A stretch of 64,000 bases of DNA. Source: Phoronis australis. Taxonomy: Eukaryota > Animalia > Phoronida. The stretch is from assembly GCA_002633005.1 (NCBI GenBank), contig NMRA01000319.1:165546-229545 (forward strand), in the 5' to 3' direction. The position numbers were made by a program, and so were the translations under genes. The notes under the pieces are model-generated. The model had not been told where the DNA came from and did not search any database. It saw only the letters and a list, made by a program, of their open reading frames with translations. Below, one piece after another: positions 50,747 through 64,000 of the stretch (position 1 is the first letter of the stretch; each line of letters begins with the position of its first letter).

Positions 50747-52111
50747 ACCGTATTTATCCACCTTGGCTGAGACGCGCTCGGCTCATGCTCAAAGGGATGC
50801 CGCCAAGCTGCTCTATTCATCGAGTCACGAGCGAGGATAATTGACTTCGCTCATGCGGATATGATCAGCTGATTACAGTCTAGCCTAACAACTGTACTTT
50901 TTATGGAGAGAATTTTACGTAGTTTTTACTGTAATATTTGAAAAGAGGAGCGAAAACAAATACGAATACAACTTTGAATTTTTCAAATCGGCCCAGGATA
51001 AGAGATTTTGCAACACAGAAACACTCACGATTACTTTCATTCGGCGCGCACGAATACAAAAATATAGGACCCAAGTTAGGATTGTATAAATGTAGAACTA
51101 CTCCGTGTGTTATTTAGGTTTTGGAAAAAATGCATTTTAATACTCAAAATACGTTTTGTATAGCTATTACAAGCTCTAAAACGACTTTGTGTAATTTCAT
51201 TGAGATCGTTCTTTGTCATCCGTCAAACCGGAAACTTCCGAGATGTGACTCTGCGAGCGCACTCACCTTGCACGTTACAGCCGTTTAAGTGAAAAACAAT
51301 CTAGTAAACGCCATTTTCTTGCATAATCCTCCGCCTTTTGTAACAAAAAAGTCTATCGTCGATGACCCGCACACGCACGCTCACTCACTCTCATACGCAG
51401 ACGACCTTCAAAACAAACGTCACGTGACAACAACATGTGTGTTCATCCAGAGATTTTTCTCGTGTTGTGGAGTACGATGTAGCGCACATTTGGACTTAAT
51501 CGCAATTAATCTGGACTCCACAGGAACTTTAAAAATTGTAAAACATCAGGAAGATTTCAGGTAATTTGTTGAGTCGAAACTATATTTTTATTCAAGAGTA
51601 CAAGTTTTCCTATTGACGATCGCGATTCAGCGACGCATCAGTCGGCAAGTTTTCGCCCTGTGATGAGCACAATTTTTTGAAAAATTATCGTAATTTAACA
51701 ACGGAAGTTGATAGCAATGCACCACAATTTTGTAGAAAGGCTGTCATAGGCTACAAATACGTCACAGAGCGTAAATTTGATGAATCCTAGCTTCCGATTT
51801 TACCCGTTTGGGAAACCGGGTTTCAACTGCCGTAGGCTCACTACAATAAGCGTCCCCTCCCCGTGAAATGAATTTTTCTAAGCATTTGTTTGAGCCAATA
51901 CAGTATACAGCTTTCCACCAAGGCTAGGTGATGCAAGACAGTATTACTTGTTCTTTGTTGCATTATAGTAACTGGTCTTGGCTAATTATCATTTTATGGC
52001 CTGGTCATCCATTCAGCCCAAAGTAGTTCCAGAGGTGGCTCATCAGCCAATTATTCACGCATGCTGACTCACAATAGAAGCCTGATAAGAGTGAAGGTGG
52101 ATAAATGCAGT
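50747..52111. mobile_element. Putative non-autonomous DNA element bounded by 18-bp imperfect inverted repeats
   Basis: accgtatttatccacctt (50747-50764) and aaggtggataaatgcagt (52094-52111). The non-coding interior may be composite. Confidence 0.4.
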
Positions 52112-52739
52112 GTTCCTACAGTTTCTTGTTTTAGTGGATGTGTTCACCACATGGAATCCTACCTGTAATACCTTGTTGCTTACGGGAATAATTGGCAGGG
52201 ATGGCATAGTTACATGTAAGACTCAGAGGTTACAGTGAGGTTCAAAGAGAGAACTTGTTGTTTGGTGTTAAACCCACCAGTCTGTTACCTCCTACTGTCT
52301 ATACCTGCTCTTGTGAGGTAGTACTGTACCTACCTGTAATTAGTTTGTTCTTCCATTTTTAATTATATGCAGATTTGTTGAATAAAATATGCCTTCATGT
52401 CAATTGTATGATATCGGCGATAAACTATTTATTCATCTTGGAATTTTAAGAAATTTTTGAAAATTTCTTTCCTTGTTATTGTCGGCTAAAACCTTCAATT
52501 TGTAGGAATTGAGAAATCGCCATTGAACTTGCAAAAAGTTTCCTGAAACTTTTTAAACTGGTAAATACTGTGAATGCCTTTGTACACAAGGGAAAAATTC
52601 CCTTTGTTTGCAAGGAAACTTTCGGGAACTTTTTTGTAGGGCTAAGTGACTTTGCCCTGATTTTGGTTTTTGGGCAGTTAAACAGTGTAAGGAAATGCCA
52701 CTTTATTGAAATTGATTGTATTCGTACGACTGTTCTCAG

Positions 52740-52983
52740 TGGGGGAGGATGATCCGTCAGCCAATCAGAAGCAGAGCAAAAAGAGGAAGCGCATTGTGGA
52801 TGCCCCTAAGGCGCAGTTCTACTTTCACGTAGAGTACTTCCTGTTACCGACCGATGATGAACCTGTCAAGACGGACATTACATCATTCGGCCTCGCTGCC
52901 AAGATCTACCCCGAGCGCCAGGAGGCGAAAGTGCTCAAGACATGGATCGAAGACGACATCACGTGGGTGGCTTGGACACATAG
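52740..52983 (+). CDS. CFAP92: CFAP92-like exon (DUF4550 region)
   Basis: FYFHVEYFLLPTDDEPVKTD...AKIY...KTWIEDDITWVAWTH resembles the KIAA1257/CFAP92 YHIEYFLLPDDEEP...W motif as recalled. Confidence 0.9.
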
Positions 52984-53321
52984 GTTAGTTTTTTACATTT
53001 TATTTCAATGGATTACTTCGGATGAATACGAATGGTGCCATAACTGCCCGTAAATGGGCACGTTAATCTGGGTAGAAATTATTCCACGACACCATAATAA
53101 TCTTGACTTGTTGTGCAGAAAATACTGTCATTTGAAAATGGACACGGTCAGAGAGGAGAGCTTAAAAGTGGCGAGTGTCTCACGTAATTGTGAGCCTCGT
53201 TTTTGGCAGCTTGACTGTGCATAATGAGCAGGAACCGTTTCTGTTAGAAGTTCTTAGTGGATTCCTCGCTCACATGTACATTGTGCAAACATCCAGTTGA
53301 TGTCATCTTGTCTTTCCACAG

Positions 53322-53467
53322 TCATACAGTCGTGGTGACCACGGATCTCCTGAAGAAGTTGTACACTCATGTTGTGGAGGTTCGCATCTGGGACACAAAG
53401 GATAAAGTGTCACAAAAGGCCCGCTTCGATCGACCTAAAGCGTTCCGCCTCCCTGCTGTTAAACAAG
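53322..53467 (+). CDS. CFAP92: CFAP92-like exon (DUF4550 region)
   Basis: HTVVVTTDLLKKLYTHVVEVRIWDTKDKVSQKARFDRPKAFRLP; phases 2/1 consistent. Confidence 0.9.
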
Positions 53468-56185
53468 GTACTATGTCGCATTGTTATTGCGAGACGCAAT
53501 TGGTAATTTGTGAATGTGTGAACTTTTCTGGGGATAGAAATGTTTGCTTTTTCTCTACACTTCAGCTTGTCATTCCCTAAACCTCGGTCCCGAACCCACA
53601 AACACCAATCTTGCTGTACATATTCAATACCTGCACCCCCAAACTCCACACACGCAAAAAATAGTTCATACCCTCACACCAAACGGACAATTGATCACCA
53701 GAGTTGTATGAAATTTGTGTAAAAGGTATGATGTTTGCTGGTCTGGGACTTGAGTTTAGCGACACTAACAGTCGGGAATGTTGCGGAAAATAAATAGTGA
53801 TTTTATGTATAGCTTTCTTTAGTCGCTAACGAATCTCTTCAGTGAGGACCATTTGGCTCACACAGCACAGTATGGTCGCGAGCTTTCACGCCAAACACTA
53901 GCCTTGGTGTGATCTTGCGAGATTTTACCAAAGTCTCAAGAAACTGGCACTGCTTATGATCAGACAGACATGAGATCGACACCAAGCTGTTAAGGTCCCA
54001 CTGAATCTAACTAGAGTGGCAGTGTTCATGTTTGTCTTCTCATGGAGTGCCACAGCACAGGTCACAAATTTTTGTCCAGCCATTCGGAAATAAGTCGATG
54101 ACTAGTTGTCAACCAGTCTGAAAAATAACCAACAGGCTGACTGGCAGCAGTCCATACTGTCGACTGCAGTGTCGACTTCAATGCAGGCTCTTGAATATTC
54201 TCTTTGAAAAACACTTTGTTGTCATGCTTCATCCATTGTTATATGTGTTTTTTTACCAATTTATAGTTTCGGTAGTGAAAAGTTGCGTAATGTGTGAAAA
54301 TTTTTTTAAAAAGTTGTTCTGAGCATGTGTTGGTGAATTTCTATTCCTGGATTTCTGACCCAAATGACGACCGTAGTCAGGATCGAGCTGTCGAGTCCTA
54401 GCAGACCGTTGCTTTTCTGGGTGGACTAGGCTTGATCACCGGTTGGATAGACCAAAATTTGTTACCTCTGTTGTAACTGGTTCCACATGAAGGGGAATTG
54501 TTTTGATGCTTAGTGATGACACGATTTGTACTGATTGTTACAGAATTTATCAAAGACGACAAACTGATTGCTGTATTCCGCCTACTTGGTTAAGTCATTT
54601 AATTTTATTGAATTGAAATCTGTTGTTGGTTTATGTAAATCAGTTATGTTGTGTTATGATTAAATACAAACTGTTAATTATGTAGAATGATTAAATACAA
54701 ACTGTTAATTTTGTAGAAAACATGTTTGTTTTGTTAGTAGTGTTGATTTTCTAGAAATTGAAAAGCTTTTTTCATTTTCTTCATCAGAATCGTTTGCTTA
54801 GTATTGCTTCGCTTGCTGAATTTTTAAATCTTGTTCTTGCTTTAAACCAAAGGTAAGTGTTTGTTGAGTTTGGTTTACAGCGATTCCTGCTGGACCAGTT
54901 GTATGTGAAATGGAGATTCATTTCATGCATAGACCTGCCATATGTCAAAACAGTCAACTTTCTGTTAAAAAGCTGTCTAAAGTTGCTCTTTAACCAGATT
55001 GTATTTGGGAATGAGTGTTATTATTACTTATTATTGCTCAAGATCAGACTTTTTAAATTGGCTTGAGTTTGTGGCATTTTATTCACTGAGCGTACCCTGA
55101 AGTGATATTAGATTGTCAGAGTTTTTCCCAAATTGAGAAATCACTTCTCATCCGAGTAAGGGGCAAAGTGAGAACAGTTTAATTAATGGTAAGCTTTCTC
55201 GACCAAATGTTTGTGTTTTTGGCAGCTTTGAGGTTTTATTATGACTTGGTGGCAAATAGCATTCTTTGAGTTTTGTGTTTGTTTTTTTGCTTGCATATAC
55301 TTATTTCAGTCGTCCAAATACTTTGTGAAATTTGATGTAACATTTTGAAAATTCACAGACTATCTCTACTCACTGAAACAGAATAATGTACGGTAAACAT
55401 TCTTCGATATTTGGGAAAAATTATTTTTGGAGAATTTTTACCATAGTTCTTTAGGAATACTTATTCGGGGGCCCGATGACCTTTTGAATGAACTTTTCTC
55501 AAAATAAAGTCAAAAGAACTCTCCGTAGTTTCTTTTTGTATCAAAGCCTACATGGTGTCGCACATTGAGTGCATGAGTTGAGTACCATTTAAATTTTGAC
55601 ATTTTAAAGATTGGCATTTTGACATGGTTAAAAGTGGAGGTGGTTTTAATGTTTTGGCCACTTAATACAATAAGATTTGATTGTTGTTTGTAAAAAGGAA
55701 GCCAAACCCTGTTTTGATGATTTCAACCGATCCTTGTTCTGTCACCTGATAATACATTAGTATCATCAATCTTGAAAGATAAAAGTTGGAATTAACTAAA
55801 AGTTCATACTCCATATCCTCACAAACTGGATATTTTGGTCTGTGGTAGGTGGTCTTTTCCCACAGTTGCTGTGTAATTCAGTAAAAGTGCAAGTCCAGCT
55901 TGTGCGTTCTGCAGTTTTCAAATTGCCCCCAAACTGTTGAAGGTTACAGAAAATTATTTTGTTTAGAGAATTGGATAGGAATATCATTTTATCTATGAAT
56001 AGCCCAAAACCGGGTTTGGTATCTTTTTAATAGTCATCACTTGATTTTGTAGGGAACTTTCAAGGTAAACACCTTGAAAAAATAAATGAAATACACGGCA
56101 CCATGTCTCTTTCTCAGACTTAATGGTCCTATTACATATTAAGTTAGTAATATCATAATAAAACTGTGACTTTTGTTAACTTCAG

Positions 56186-56341
56186 GTGAAGATCCTGATG
56201 ACATCAGTGGAGTGAAGACGTTAATTCAGAAACAAGCTAAAAACTTCGTTAAGCAGCAGCCCAAGAAGTCTCAGCTGGACAGGCCAGTGCCAGGCAAACA
56301 CAGCATTGTCTTCCCTGTGAGGGATAACCAAGGAAAACTTG
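56186..56341 (+). CDS. CFAP92: CFAP92-like exon
   Basis: GEDPDDISGVKTLIQKQ...; ttcag/gtattg, phases 1/1. Confidence 0.8.
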
Positions 56342-57396
56342 GTATTGCGTTTGTTCTTTTTAATATGGCCCTAGTTGGCTAGGGGGCAATTGTCAGATAT
56401 AATATGTCCACATTTTGAGGACAAGTTTGACCCCCGTTATTCAGGGGAGAAAACTTGGTTCTCAGAATGTGGATATGTTATACCTGACTATTACCTACAA
56501 CTGAAGTTAATTTACTCAATTTTTGTATTTATTAGATTTGAAAAGAGATATTGTAGGTAGTCAGAAACCCATTGTTCACAGATGTGGGGTGGGGTTTTTA
56601 TTTATTTTTTTAATTTCTTAAATGAAGCATATCAGGAAAAACGTGCTTTGTGTGAACTCACATTTATGCACATTTATGCAGTGCACATTTAGGCACATTA
56701 TCACACCTAAGAACAATAAGATTATTCAGTTGTTATAAAAATAAAGCTTCTCAGTTCTATGTAGACATAAAATTGTTCCTTCAAAATCTTGCAAGGGCTG
56801 GTACCATCTTTTCTTGTTTTGTTCAGAGATATGGAATCATTCTGGTCATAAAAGGAGATTGATGGCTTGAGGTTCATTTAGTTTGCTAAAAAAACAACAT
56901 TCAGTTCACATTCACTAACTGAAGTTGGAAATTATGTTTGCCAGCATTAATTGCTAATTATCCAATTTTCAAGAGGCTTCCAGAATGTAACGAACTGGTC
57001 TGACTAATACAAGTGTACAAATTCTTAGTTTGGCAAAAATTATTACTTGGAGTATTTTAATTAACAAAGATTTATCTAGTACTCAGTATTCCGTCGAGTC
57101 AATGAATATGAAACCACCTGAAGTCTAGTGTGGAAAAAAGTCTACTGAGACAATAAGCACTTCTCTGCACTTCTTGCAAGGTGCTATGTTTGTAGGGATC
57201 ACCCAACTCCCATCTTACATGACTGTGATTTGTTTTACATTTTGTTTTCAAGTAAGCGAATGTAAATTAATATGAGTGTTAATTTTTTAGATTTGAAAAC
57301 AAAGTTGAATTAAGAATGTGTTGTGTCGATCTTCATAGTTTTTTTTTTTTTTTTTTTTTCGTATTCAGGGCTTTAGTGGTTGTAATATTGCTTGCA

Positions 57397-57525
57397 GTTG
57401 CTTTGTTTGTTACTCACCCACGGAGTATACAATTTACATGTTGCTTTGTTTGTTACTCACCCACGGAGTATACAATTTACATGTTGCTTTGTTTGTTACT
57501 CACCCACGGAGTATACAATTTACAC
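57397..57525. repeat. Minisatellite, 3 x 43 bp (intronic)
   Basis: Unit gttgctttgtttgttactcacccacggagtatacaatttacat at 57397, 57440 and 57483. Confidence 0.9.
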
Positions 57526-57782
57526 GTGTAACGACTTTCATAGAGATTGCTAATTACGTGTGCACAATTGCAAAAACGCTGGGATCTGTATCAGTAATTG
57601 ACTCGATGCCAATTATATTCAAATTAGTGAGGGTATCAATAGTGATTTTAATGGGTTTTATTAAGATTTTTTTTTGTCTAAGAAGAATGTAGCAATATCT
57701 GTTTATGAAGTGCTTAGAATGCTGTTGAAGATTGATTTGCATTTTATGCTTCACCTTTCCTTAATTGATATTTTGATTCCAG

Positions 57783-57906
57783 CTGACAAATCGATAGAAT
57801 TACTGAGAAAAATGGAAGCTGAGGTGACGTCCAAGACGTCCATGTTGATGGACCACAATGCGCTAGTCTCTGTGCGAACAGCTGTAGGACACCAGGAGGA
57901 AAAACC
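57783..57906 (+). CDS. CFAP92: CFAP92-like exon
   Basis: ADKSIELLRKMEAEV...EEKP. The donor gtgtgt was chosen to match the phase of the next exon. Confidence 0.65.
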
Positions 57907-58681
57907 GTGTGTATTTGTTTTTGTTGTAACTTAACTTTATACTTTGTGAATTTATATTGCAGTTTGAACAAGGTTAACATGCCAAGCATTAAGATTGTAA
58001 AAGTTAAGTGTGATTAGATGTTGGAATGCTGTGCAGTTGCCGATGGATAAGACGAGTGAACTAAAGTAAAATGATTAGCGTTTGTACTAAAATACATTAA
58101 AATATTGTCCGTGTGTCGAGCAGTACGCTCTTTATCAAGGGCATGTCATAGGTAGTCTTTGTCATGCCTTCATAAGGAGTGTAATGCTCCAAGCATGGGG
58201 AATATCGTTATATATTTGAGTTCTGAGGCTCGTCGTTGTACTTTTAAGATTGTACATTCGTTAGTTACTCAAAGGCCCATGTCAAAACTCTTGCTCAGTG
58301 CCTTGCAGATGTTCATTGAACAATAGTTGTTTATAAAAAATTTTGAGTCAAATACTGGAATTTGCTTACTTGAGTTAGCGACGTTGCATCCGTCTTTCAT
58401 GGACTTCAGCTTGGCTAGTGGTGTTATTATCATCCTGGCCATTAGGTGGCGTTAAACCAGGTGACGCATCATGGAATTATTTATGTGAGACCATTCCATG
58501 ATCATAGCTTACGTAATGAGTTTAAGATAAACTGTTTTAATCATTTATTTCACAAGCTTGTTTTGTGAGCCATTTCTAAGACCATTTTAATCAAGTTTCT
58601 CTATGAGGCCAAATCCGTGCAATGTATTTGATGGTGCTAGGTTTGAATTGTCTGTTTGTAATGTGATGTTCCTCTTTGCAG

Positions 58682-58866
58682 GTCTTTCAGCATTCTTGGA
58701 GACTTAGCGCGACTCCAAACACCGACGGAGAACAGAACACTCAATTTGCCCACCGGCGTCCCCAGCTCACCACACAAGAAACCATTGGCTGCAGCATCTG
58801 CCAGCGGAACTGCCTCGGAGTTGAAGGGTGCATCAGCAGGATCACCCCACGGTAAAGTGTCCCAGG
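58682..58866 (+). CDS. CFAP92: CFAP92-like exon
   Basis: SFSILGDLARLQTPTENR...VSQ; tttgcag/gtaagt. Confidence 0.75.
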
Positions 58867-59189
58867 GTAAGTTAGTGGAACTGCTAAGATGGTGACAAAA
58901 TAAATAGAGTTTTGAACACTCCAATCCATCATTATTAAAAATACTTACAAGTTTCATTTCCAGGTTAAGATGGCTAGGAGCTTTTTACCTCAAGGATGAC
59001 ATGTTACGTCACGTCATTCTGCCCAATTTGAAACAATAATAGCGTTGTTAAGTCCCAGTCATGACATTGTCAACACAAAGTATTTGGTAGCCCCATCCCG
59101 CACGGTTAGTTGAACCATCAAAGGATCTATTTATTGCTACTATGATGGCATTGATACCGCCAAGGTCACATCATAGCTGACAGCACAAT

Positions 59190-59960
59190 GCTTAGGCTAA
59201 TCCTGGGGGCCATTCCTGAGTTTCCTTGTTGAAAGCGATGGTGACATTCAGTCTCTCACTAAGCTCTGGCGGCCAAGCAGCATCTTGTGCAATCATGTGT
59301 TCGCCTATGAGGCCCATGGTTACGTTTACAGCAGTGGCAGTCCACAAGCATCTGCTAAGTCTTTGGTAGGACGCATTGCGAGAAGGTCTAGGGCGAAGTT
59401 GATAGGCTGCTATTGCAGGGACAGGATTCAAGCATCTATCGAGTACAGTTTTCTCTTCTCTGTGTAAAGGATGGAAGGGGCTCTGTACAGCTACAGTAAC
59501 ACCTTGTAGAACAGACTGTCTGTCTGCAATGCTGGGAACACGACAAGGTAGCGTTATGCTGTGGCTGAAGTTGGTCCCGTACATCTAGCGATGATGTGAA
59601 GACCAATGTTTTGGAATCTCTCAAGTCTGTTGATTTGATTTTTACTGATGTTGATCATGGGGAGAGCATAGTCTAAGATCGACATGATGAGGGCGTTATA
59701 AAGCTTGACGAGGTGTCTTCCCTCCGTCTTCCGACCGGCCGCAGCCCTAAGGGCGTTCATTCCTCTGTTAGCACGGCTGATCATACTGTTACCATGAGGT
59801 GTAAAGTTGAGCCTGCAGTGGCGTTCTACACCTAAGTGATGCATCTGGTCAGATGTTACAATCCTCTTCCCATCATAAGTAGGACAAGGGAAATCGTTGA
59901 CAACGAGGCGATTGTCCAGAGTACAGAAGAGTGCTTCACACCTGTCCCCATTTCAGTTCA
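59190..59960 (-). mobile_element. Decayed non-LTR retrotransposon fragment (I/Nimb/Jockey-group-like RT C-terminus) in a CFAP92 intron
   Basis: HLGV...LNFTPH...LVKLYNALIMSILDYA...LERFQNIGLHII matches the RT thumb pattern YLGV..D..L.F..H / LY.A.I.S.LDY / LE..QN; contains stops. Confidence 0.75.
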
Positions 59961-60410
59961 ATCAGTAACCCCAAGCTATGTAATGGGCTTCAGTCTATAG
60001 CGATGTGTATGTTTATTATAAAAACATTGCCTGCTAATTAGACTCATGTTACCACCAGTGTAACTACAGTTGACAGTGCTCATTTTCCAAGACTTACGAT
60101 GAGTGTTGTTCTGAATTTTAAAAATTTCAAGTAATCTTGTGGTGTAAATGGAAATTCAGAGTCGGTAGATTGTTTGTGTAGCAGCTCATAGCTCCATCTG
60201 TTGGTGTTTTAATTGCTCTGACGTGTGCGCATTTGATTATTAAGAAACCACGTAACTTTCAAAACTCAATACCGATCACTTCTTATGTGTGGATAAATGG
60301 TCGCCATAAGTTTTCTTTCCTGTTCGTCATATGGATTAGTTTATTCAGCACCAAATGTGATTTATGAAAATGTTTGAAATATGACCATCTGAGTTTTTTT
60401 GTAACTCCAG

Positions 60411-60536
60411 CCACAGGGGAACGAGGTGTGAGCCGTCGAAAGGTCAAAGGTGACCAGATGAGTCAGGCCCAGGCAGAATACATCAAGAAGAATGGAGTCT
60501 GCTGCGTCCCCGTTAGACTGGCGTTGTTATTTGCTG
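60411..60536 (+). CDS. CFAP92: CFAP92-like exon
   Basis: TGERGVSRRK...YIKKNGVCCVPVRLALLFA; ctccag/gtaagt, phases 1/1; not in the ORF track. Confidence 0.8.
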
Positions 60537-61283
60537 GTAAGTAATCTGCCCTATGCCAGGATGAGTGTGGAGTTGTTTTGAGGGTGCAGTCCTGTTTGAA
60601 CACTGACCAGTTAAATAGCAACTTGTCCCTCAAGTTTCTGAGTTACAACTTTGAAATGCCTATGTTTGAGAAATTATGAACAGTTTTTTTACGATATTTT
60701 TTGACAAACTGGCATATTTGTTTTCCAAAACACTGTTAGGCATTGCGTAACGGGTTCTCAACATATAAGACGTATGACTTTCATGAAAAAAGTCAATCAT
60801 TGTGTAAAATGAAAACAAAATGATAATTAGAAAACTGTAGCAACATTTTGGGAAATTCAATTATTTAATGGGAATTGGTCATATTGCTGATACCGTTGTC
60901 TTGTTATGAATGACTTTCTGTTTTGCGCAGTTTTATTTATAAAAAACATGGTCATAACAGCAGGAATCAAATTCTTCAGCCTTTCTACTTTAGAAATTTA
61001 TACTATTTTGTCAAAATCTGTACTTTTGCAGATATTTAGCTTAATACGCAAAGTTGTCAATAAGATTCTGCATAACCTTAAATTATTATTTAAAATATTG
61101 TGATTTAACAAGTTGCATTAATCTCCGCCAGCAATGTGCTGGACTACGACACCAGAGGTTGTGAATTCAATTCCTCCTAGGGGCTGACCGCAAAAAAACA
61201 CTTTAAGTAGGTCCTGTTTATTTCGGACCAGTCTGTTGTGTTATTTTTCCATGGCATTACAGATGGATGTTGTATTGTTGTAG

Positions 61284-61473
61284 GTATGAAAAACATAACT
61301 ACTCGCTTGACCTCACCTGTGCCCACTGTTCAGGACTGCTTTGTGTCCATTCAACTCGACAATGACCTTATGACCCCAGACCAACAGATGGAGCTCAACC
61401 CCCTGGTCATCAAAGTGCACTCGGTGACTAACATGCCGGACACGCCTTTGCCCTACGAAGAACTGGCTGAAAA
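61284..61473 (+). CDS. CFAP92: CFAP92-like exon
   Basis: GMKNITTRL...ELNPLVIKVHSVTNMPDTPLPYEELAEK. Confidence 0.88.
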
Positions 61474-62056
61474 GTAAGGATTTGTGTACATGCCCACCTG
61501 CCTTTATTGACTTTAAATACTACTGTTGAAGATATGAAATATGATATACTGCTCTTGTGAGGTTTCTACCATCCAGTTTTTTCTGGAGATTTATGTCATT
61601 TTTGTTGCATTGTCTCCGATCATTCGTTCTATAATCCATGAAAGGCTCATCCTCACAAAGTCTTTTTTGCTTAACAAGTAACTCACTAAAACTTTAATCA
61701 CCAGACTGCATGGCGTACCTTCTGCCAGCACCTACCCTGTGAGAATAACATTATAACATTCTGATTACAGTGACAGGAGTAAACATTTAGTTTTTTTTTT
61801 CCGTGCTTGCAGCATCGAACTTTTAAATCTTGAGTTTACGTTTTACAAGACATTCCTCACAGATTTTTTTTTCTTTTATGTTTCTTTTGAAATATCCCTT
61901 GTATTGAACATATTCAGTCATGAAATATCTAATCTCTGATCATTAGATATGCCATTTGATGCTTTCTCTCTAGGTTTGTTGCCTGAAAAGGTCGGTCTTT
62001 TTCAATCTTTGAACTGTCTAGTTGCCAATCATCAACGCTGCACACTTTCTTTACAG

Positions 62057-62169
62057 ATGTGACCCTGTCTTTATACAATATCAGTTCTTCAAGAGGCCAG
62101 TGCATAGAAGTGTAGGTAAGACGGCTGCACGCAACATCTACTGGGACGACTATGACGTTGTTCTAGCTG
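62057..62169 (+). CDS. CFAP92: CFAP92-like exon
   Basis: CDPVFIQYQFFKRPVHRS...NIYWDDYDVVLA; ttacag/gtaagt, phases 2/1. Confidence 0.85.
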
Positions 62170-62866
62170 GTAAGTATTCGATAGATAATTTATAATTATG
62201 TAATACTTTCCATCTTCACATGGCAGCAAACGGGCAATGTAACTGATTTGAATTTAATCTTCGTCCAAATATGCCAATGGTTTGTCTAGTCTAATGTCTT
62301 GAATGTAAGTTATGTCGTTTTTGTGGCTACAAAAACATAAAAAGATACTTAGAGGCACTGTATGTATAAATTTTGTTAACAGTTCACATATCACAAACAT
62401 CATCTTTCATCAGTGCAAGGAGTCTATTGATTACTTATTTATGACATAGAATGTGCGACTGTTTCGAGCAGCCTTATACCCGTTCAGCATTCTGTAGGCA
62501 CGAGAACCTGGCAAAAAGCCAGATCACGCACTGCAAGTGAAACATGTGACCACGCTAGCTTTACTCGCTAGTGTCTTGCATCTGTGGAACTTTGCCCAGA
62601 GATAAAACTATAATTATAGTCATTATACTTGTTGTGCAAGGTGCATGAATCATAACTGTCCTACACTGACTTTAAAAGCTTTAACTGTACATCAGTTTAT
62701 TGAGTGAAATCCAATCAAGCATATTGCATAATCTCTCTGTTCTCATGGCATTATTAGGAGGTCTCCCGTTTTCTCTGAATATGGCTGTAAGGATATCATT
62801 ATAAGAAAATCCAGTACTTTATTGAAAAAGTAATTGGGTCCATCATGAGTTACCATTGTCCCCCAG

Positions 62867-63031
62867 GTACGTATGAGATGTCAGAGCTGCGAGAGTTTCT
62901 GAGGGGTCCTGCCTTAGAGGTGCAGGTTCACGACCGCGACCGCAAGAAGGAAGAGGAGAAAAAACTGAAGCCGACCCTGTTTGGTGACGACCTGGAGGAT
63001 GAGAAAATTAGCAACGTTGGCGCAGTGTCTG
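62867..63031 (+). CDS. CFAP92: CFAP92-like exon
   Basis: LREFLRGPALEVQVHDRDRK...PTLFGDDLEDEKISNVG. Confidence 0.88.
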
Positions 63032-63578
63032 GTATGTAATCATAATCTTATGACAAAATGGGGAAACGTGAAAACTACATTATGAACCATCCCACTGTTA
63101 GTTATGTAGTGGAATCTTAATATTGCTCAATGTTTAACTTTTTGTTGTTGTATGAAGCTAGGATTTTACATTCATAGTGAAAAAAATTCAGAGGGCTGTG
63201 TTGGTGTTGCTTAGTCACGTGGACCTGCTGCCCTCTGGTGGTACTTTTGTTATGCAGGGATTCGTCATTCTTGGATATTATGAATTTTGCAAGCATTTGC
63301 CAAGAACCTTAATGTTGAACTCTTCCTGTGCATAGCTGTCATAATTTTTGTCCAGTTATTTTTTTCATGTAATTTATATATCTTTGATCTCATCCGGGCC
63401 CGCAATTATGCGCAGTATTGTGTTGTATTGTATTGTTAGTTGATTTTTTTGCAGTGACATTAGTCTGATTGTTGAATATGGCCACTTGACTTGAGAAAAA
63501 GATTTTGAATTTGTCGCAATATTCATCTGCAAGCAAAGCCCCTGTGCACATTGATTATATTTTTTTTTTACTTTTCAG

Positions 63579-63791
63579 CCAAGCGCACCAGAAACAACCC
63601 ACTGAAAGAGAAACCACGTCCGTGGGACCCATATGGAGTTGCCAAGTTCAACTTGTCAGAACTCCTTCTGGGTCAGAAGGTACTCTATATGAGCATGCCC
63701 ATACACAACTGCCCTCTGCCGGATCTTTTGGGAACTACTGTGTCCGAAGATGGGAAAGTGATCGGCATTTCAGGATCTGTTGACGGACCAG
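63579..63791 (+). CDS. CFAP92: CFAP92-like exon (gene continues past the window end)
   Basis: PWDPYGVAKFNLSELLLGQK...; ends at donor gtacgt without a stop. Confidence 0.88.
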
Positions 63792-64000
63792 GTACGTTGA
63801 TTCATATTTTCACTAGGATGTTTAATTTGCAATTTGTCTCAAACTTGAGAATTTGGTGATGCCTCGTCCGTTTGTCTCGATTTCATGACAAGACTTCTTG
63901 CTATAGTTAAAAACCATGATATTGAAAATTAAAGATATGAAAAGTGATGTTTTATACTCCATTTCGTAATTTGTTTTAACATTGTTGAAAGAGTTTCTGT

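Noticed and set aside
61125-61190. tRNA-like sequence (also ~10120-10165 and ~52195-52310)
   Set aside because: Degenerate B-box and no cloverleaf; at most old SINE heads, not tRNA genes.

Overview
AT-rich, intron-containing animal genomic DNA from an invertebrate bilaterian. A lophotrochozoan source is plausible but cannot be shown from the sequence. No prokaryotic features, CRISPR arrays or RNA genes were seen. Five protein-coding loci were reconstructed by hand with phase-consistent GT-AG splice sites: (1) an uncharacterised basic protein with a single coding exon (-, 1015..2016); (2) a divergent 3-exon Q50 PRD-class homeobox gene with an Eh1/octapeptide motif and a DUX/HESX-like homeodomain (-, 9604..12931); (3) a complete 4-exon Wnt16 (-, 18527..26091); (4) an uninterrupted 590-aa ORF combining three zinc ribbons, an LRAT/PLAAT (H-box/NC) domain with intact His-His-Cys triad and a hydrophobic tail (-, 32771..34543); (5) the 5' part of CFAP92/KIAA1257 (+, 45124 to beyond the window end). 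Locus 4 is preceded by a cluster of five NF-kB consensus sites, some paired with CRE sites. Repeats include three decayed LINE fragments, a solo LTR with a 5-bp target-site duplication nested in one LINE, MITE-like palindromes, SINE-like heads and minisatellites. A 2.1-kb tandem duplication across an N is probably an assembly/haplotype artefact. The best novelty candidates are the possibly NF-kB-inducible zinc-ribbon-LRAT gene and the orphan PRD homeobox gene next to Wnt16.
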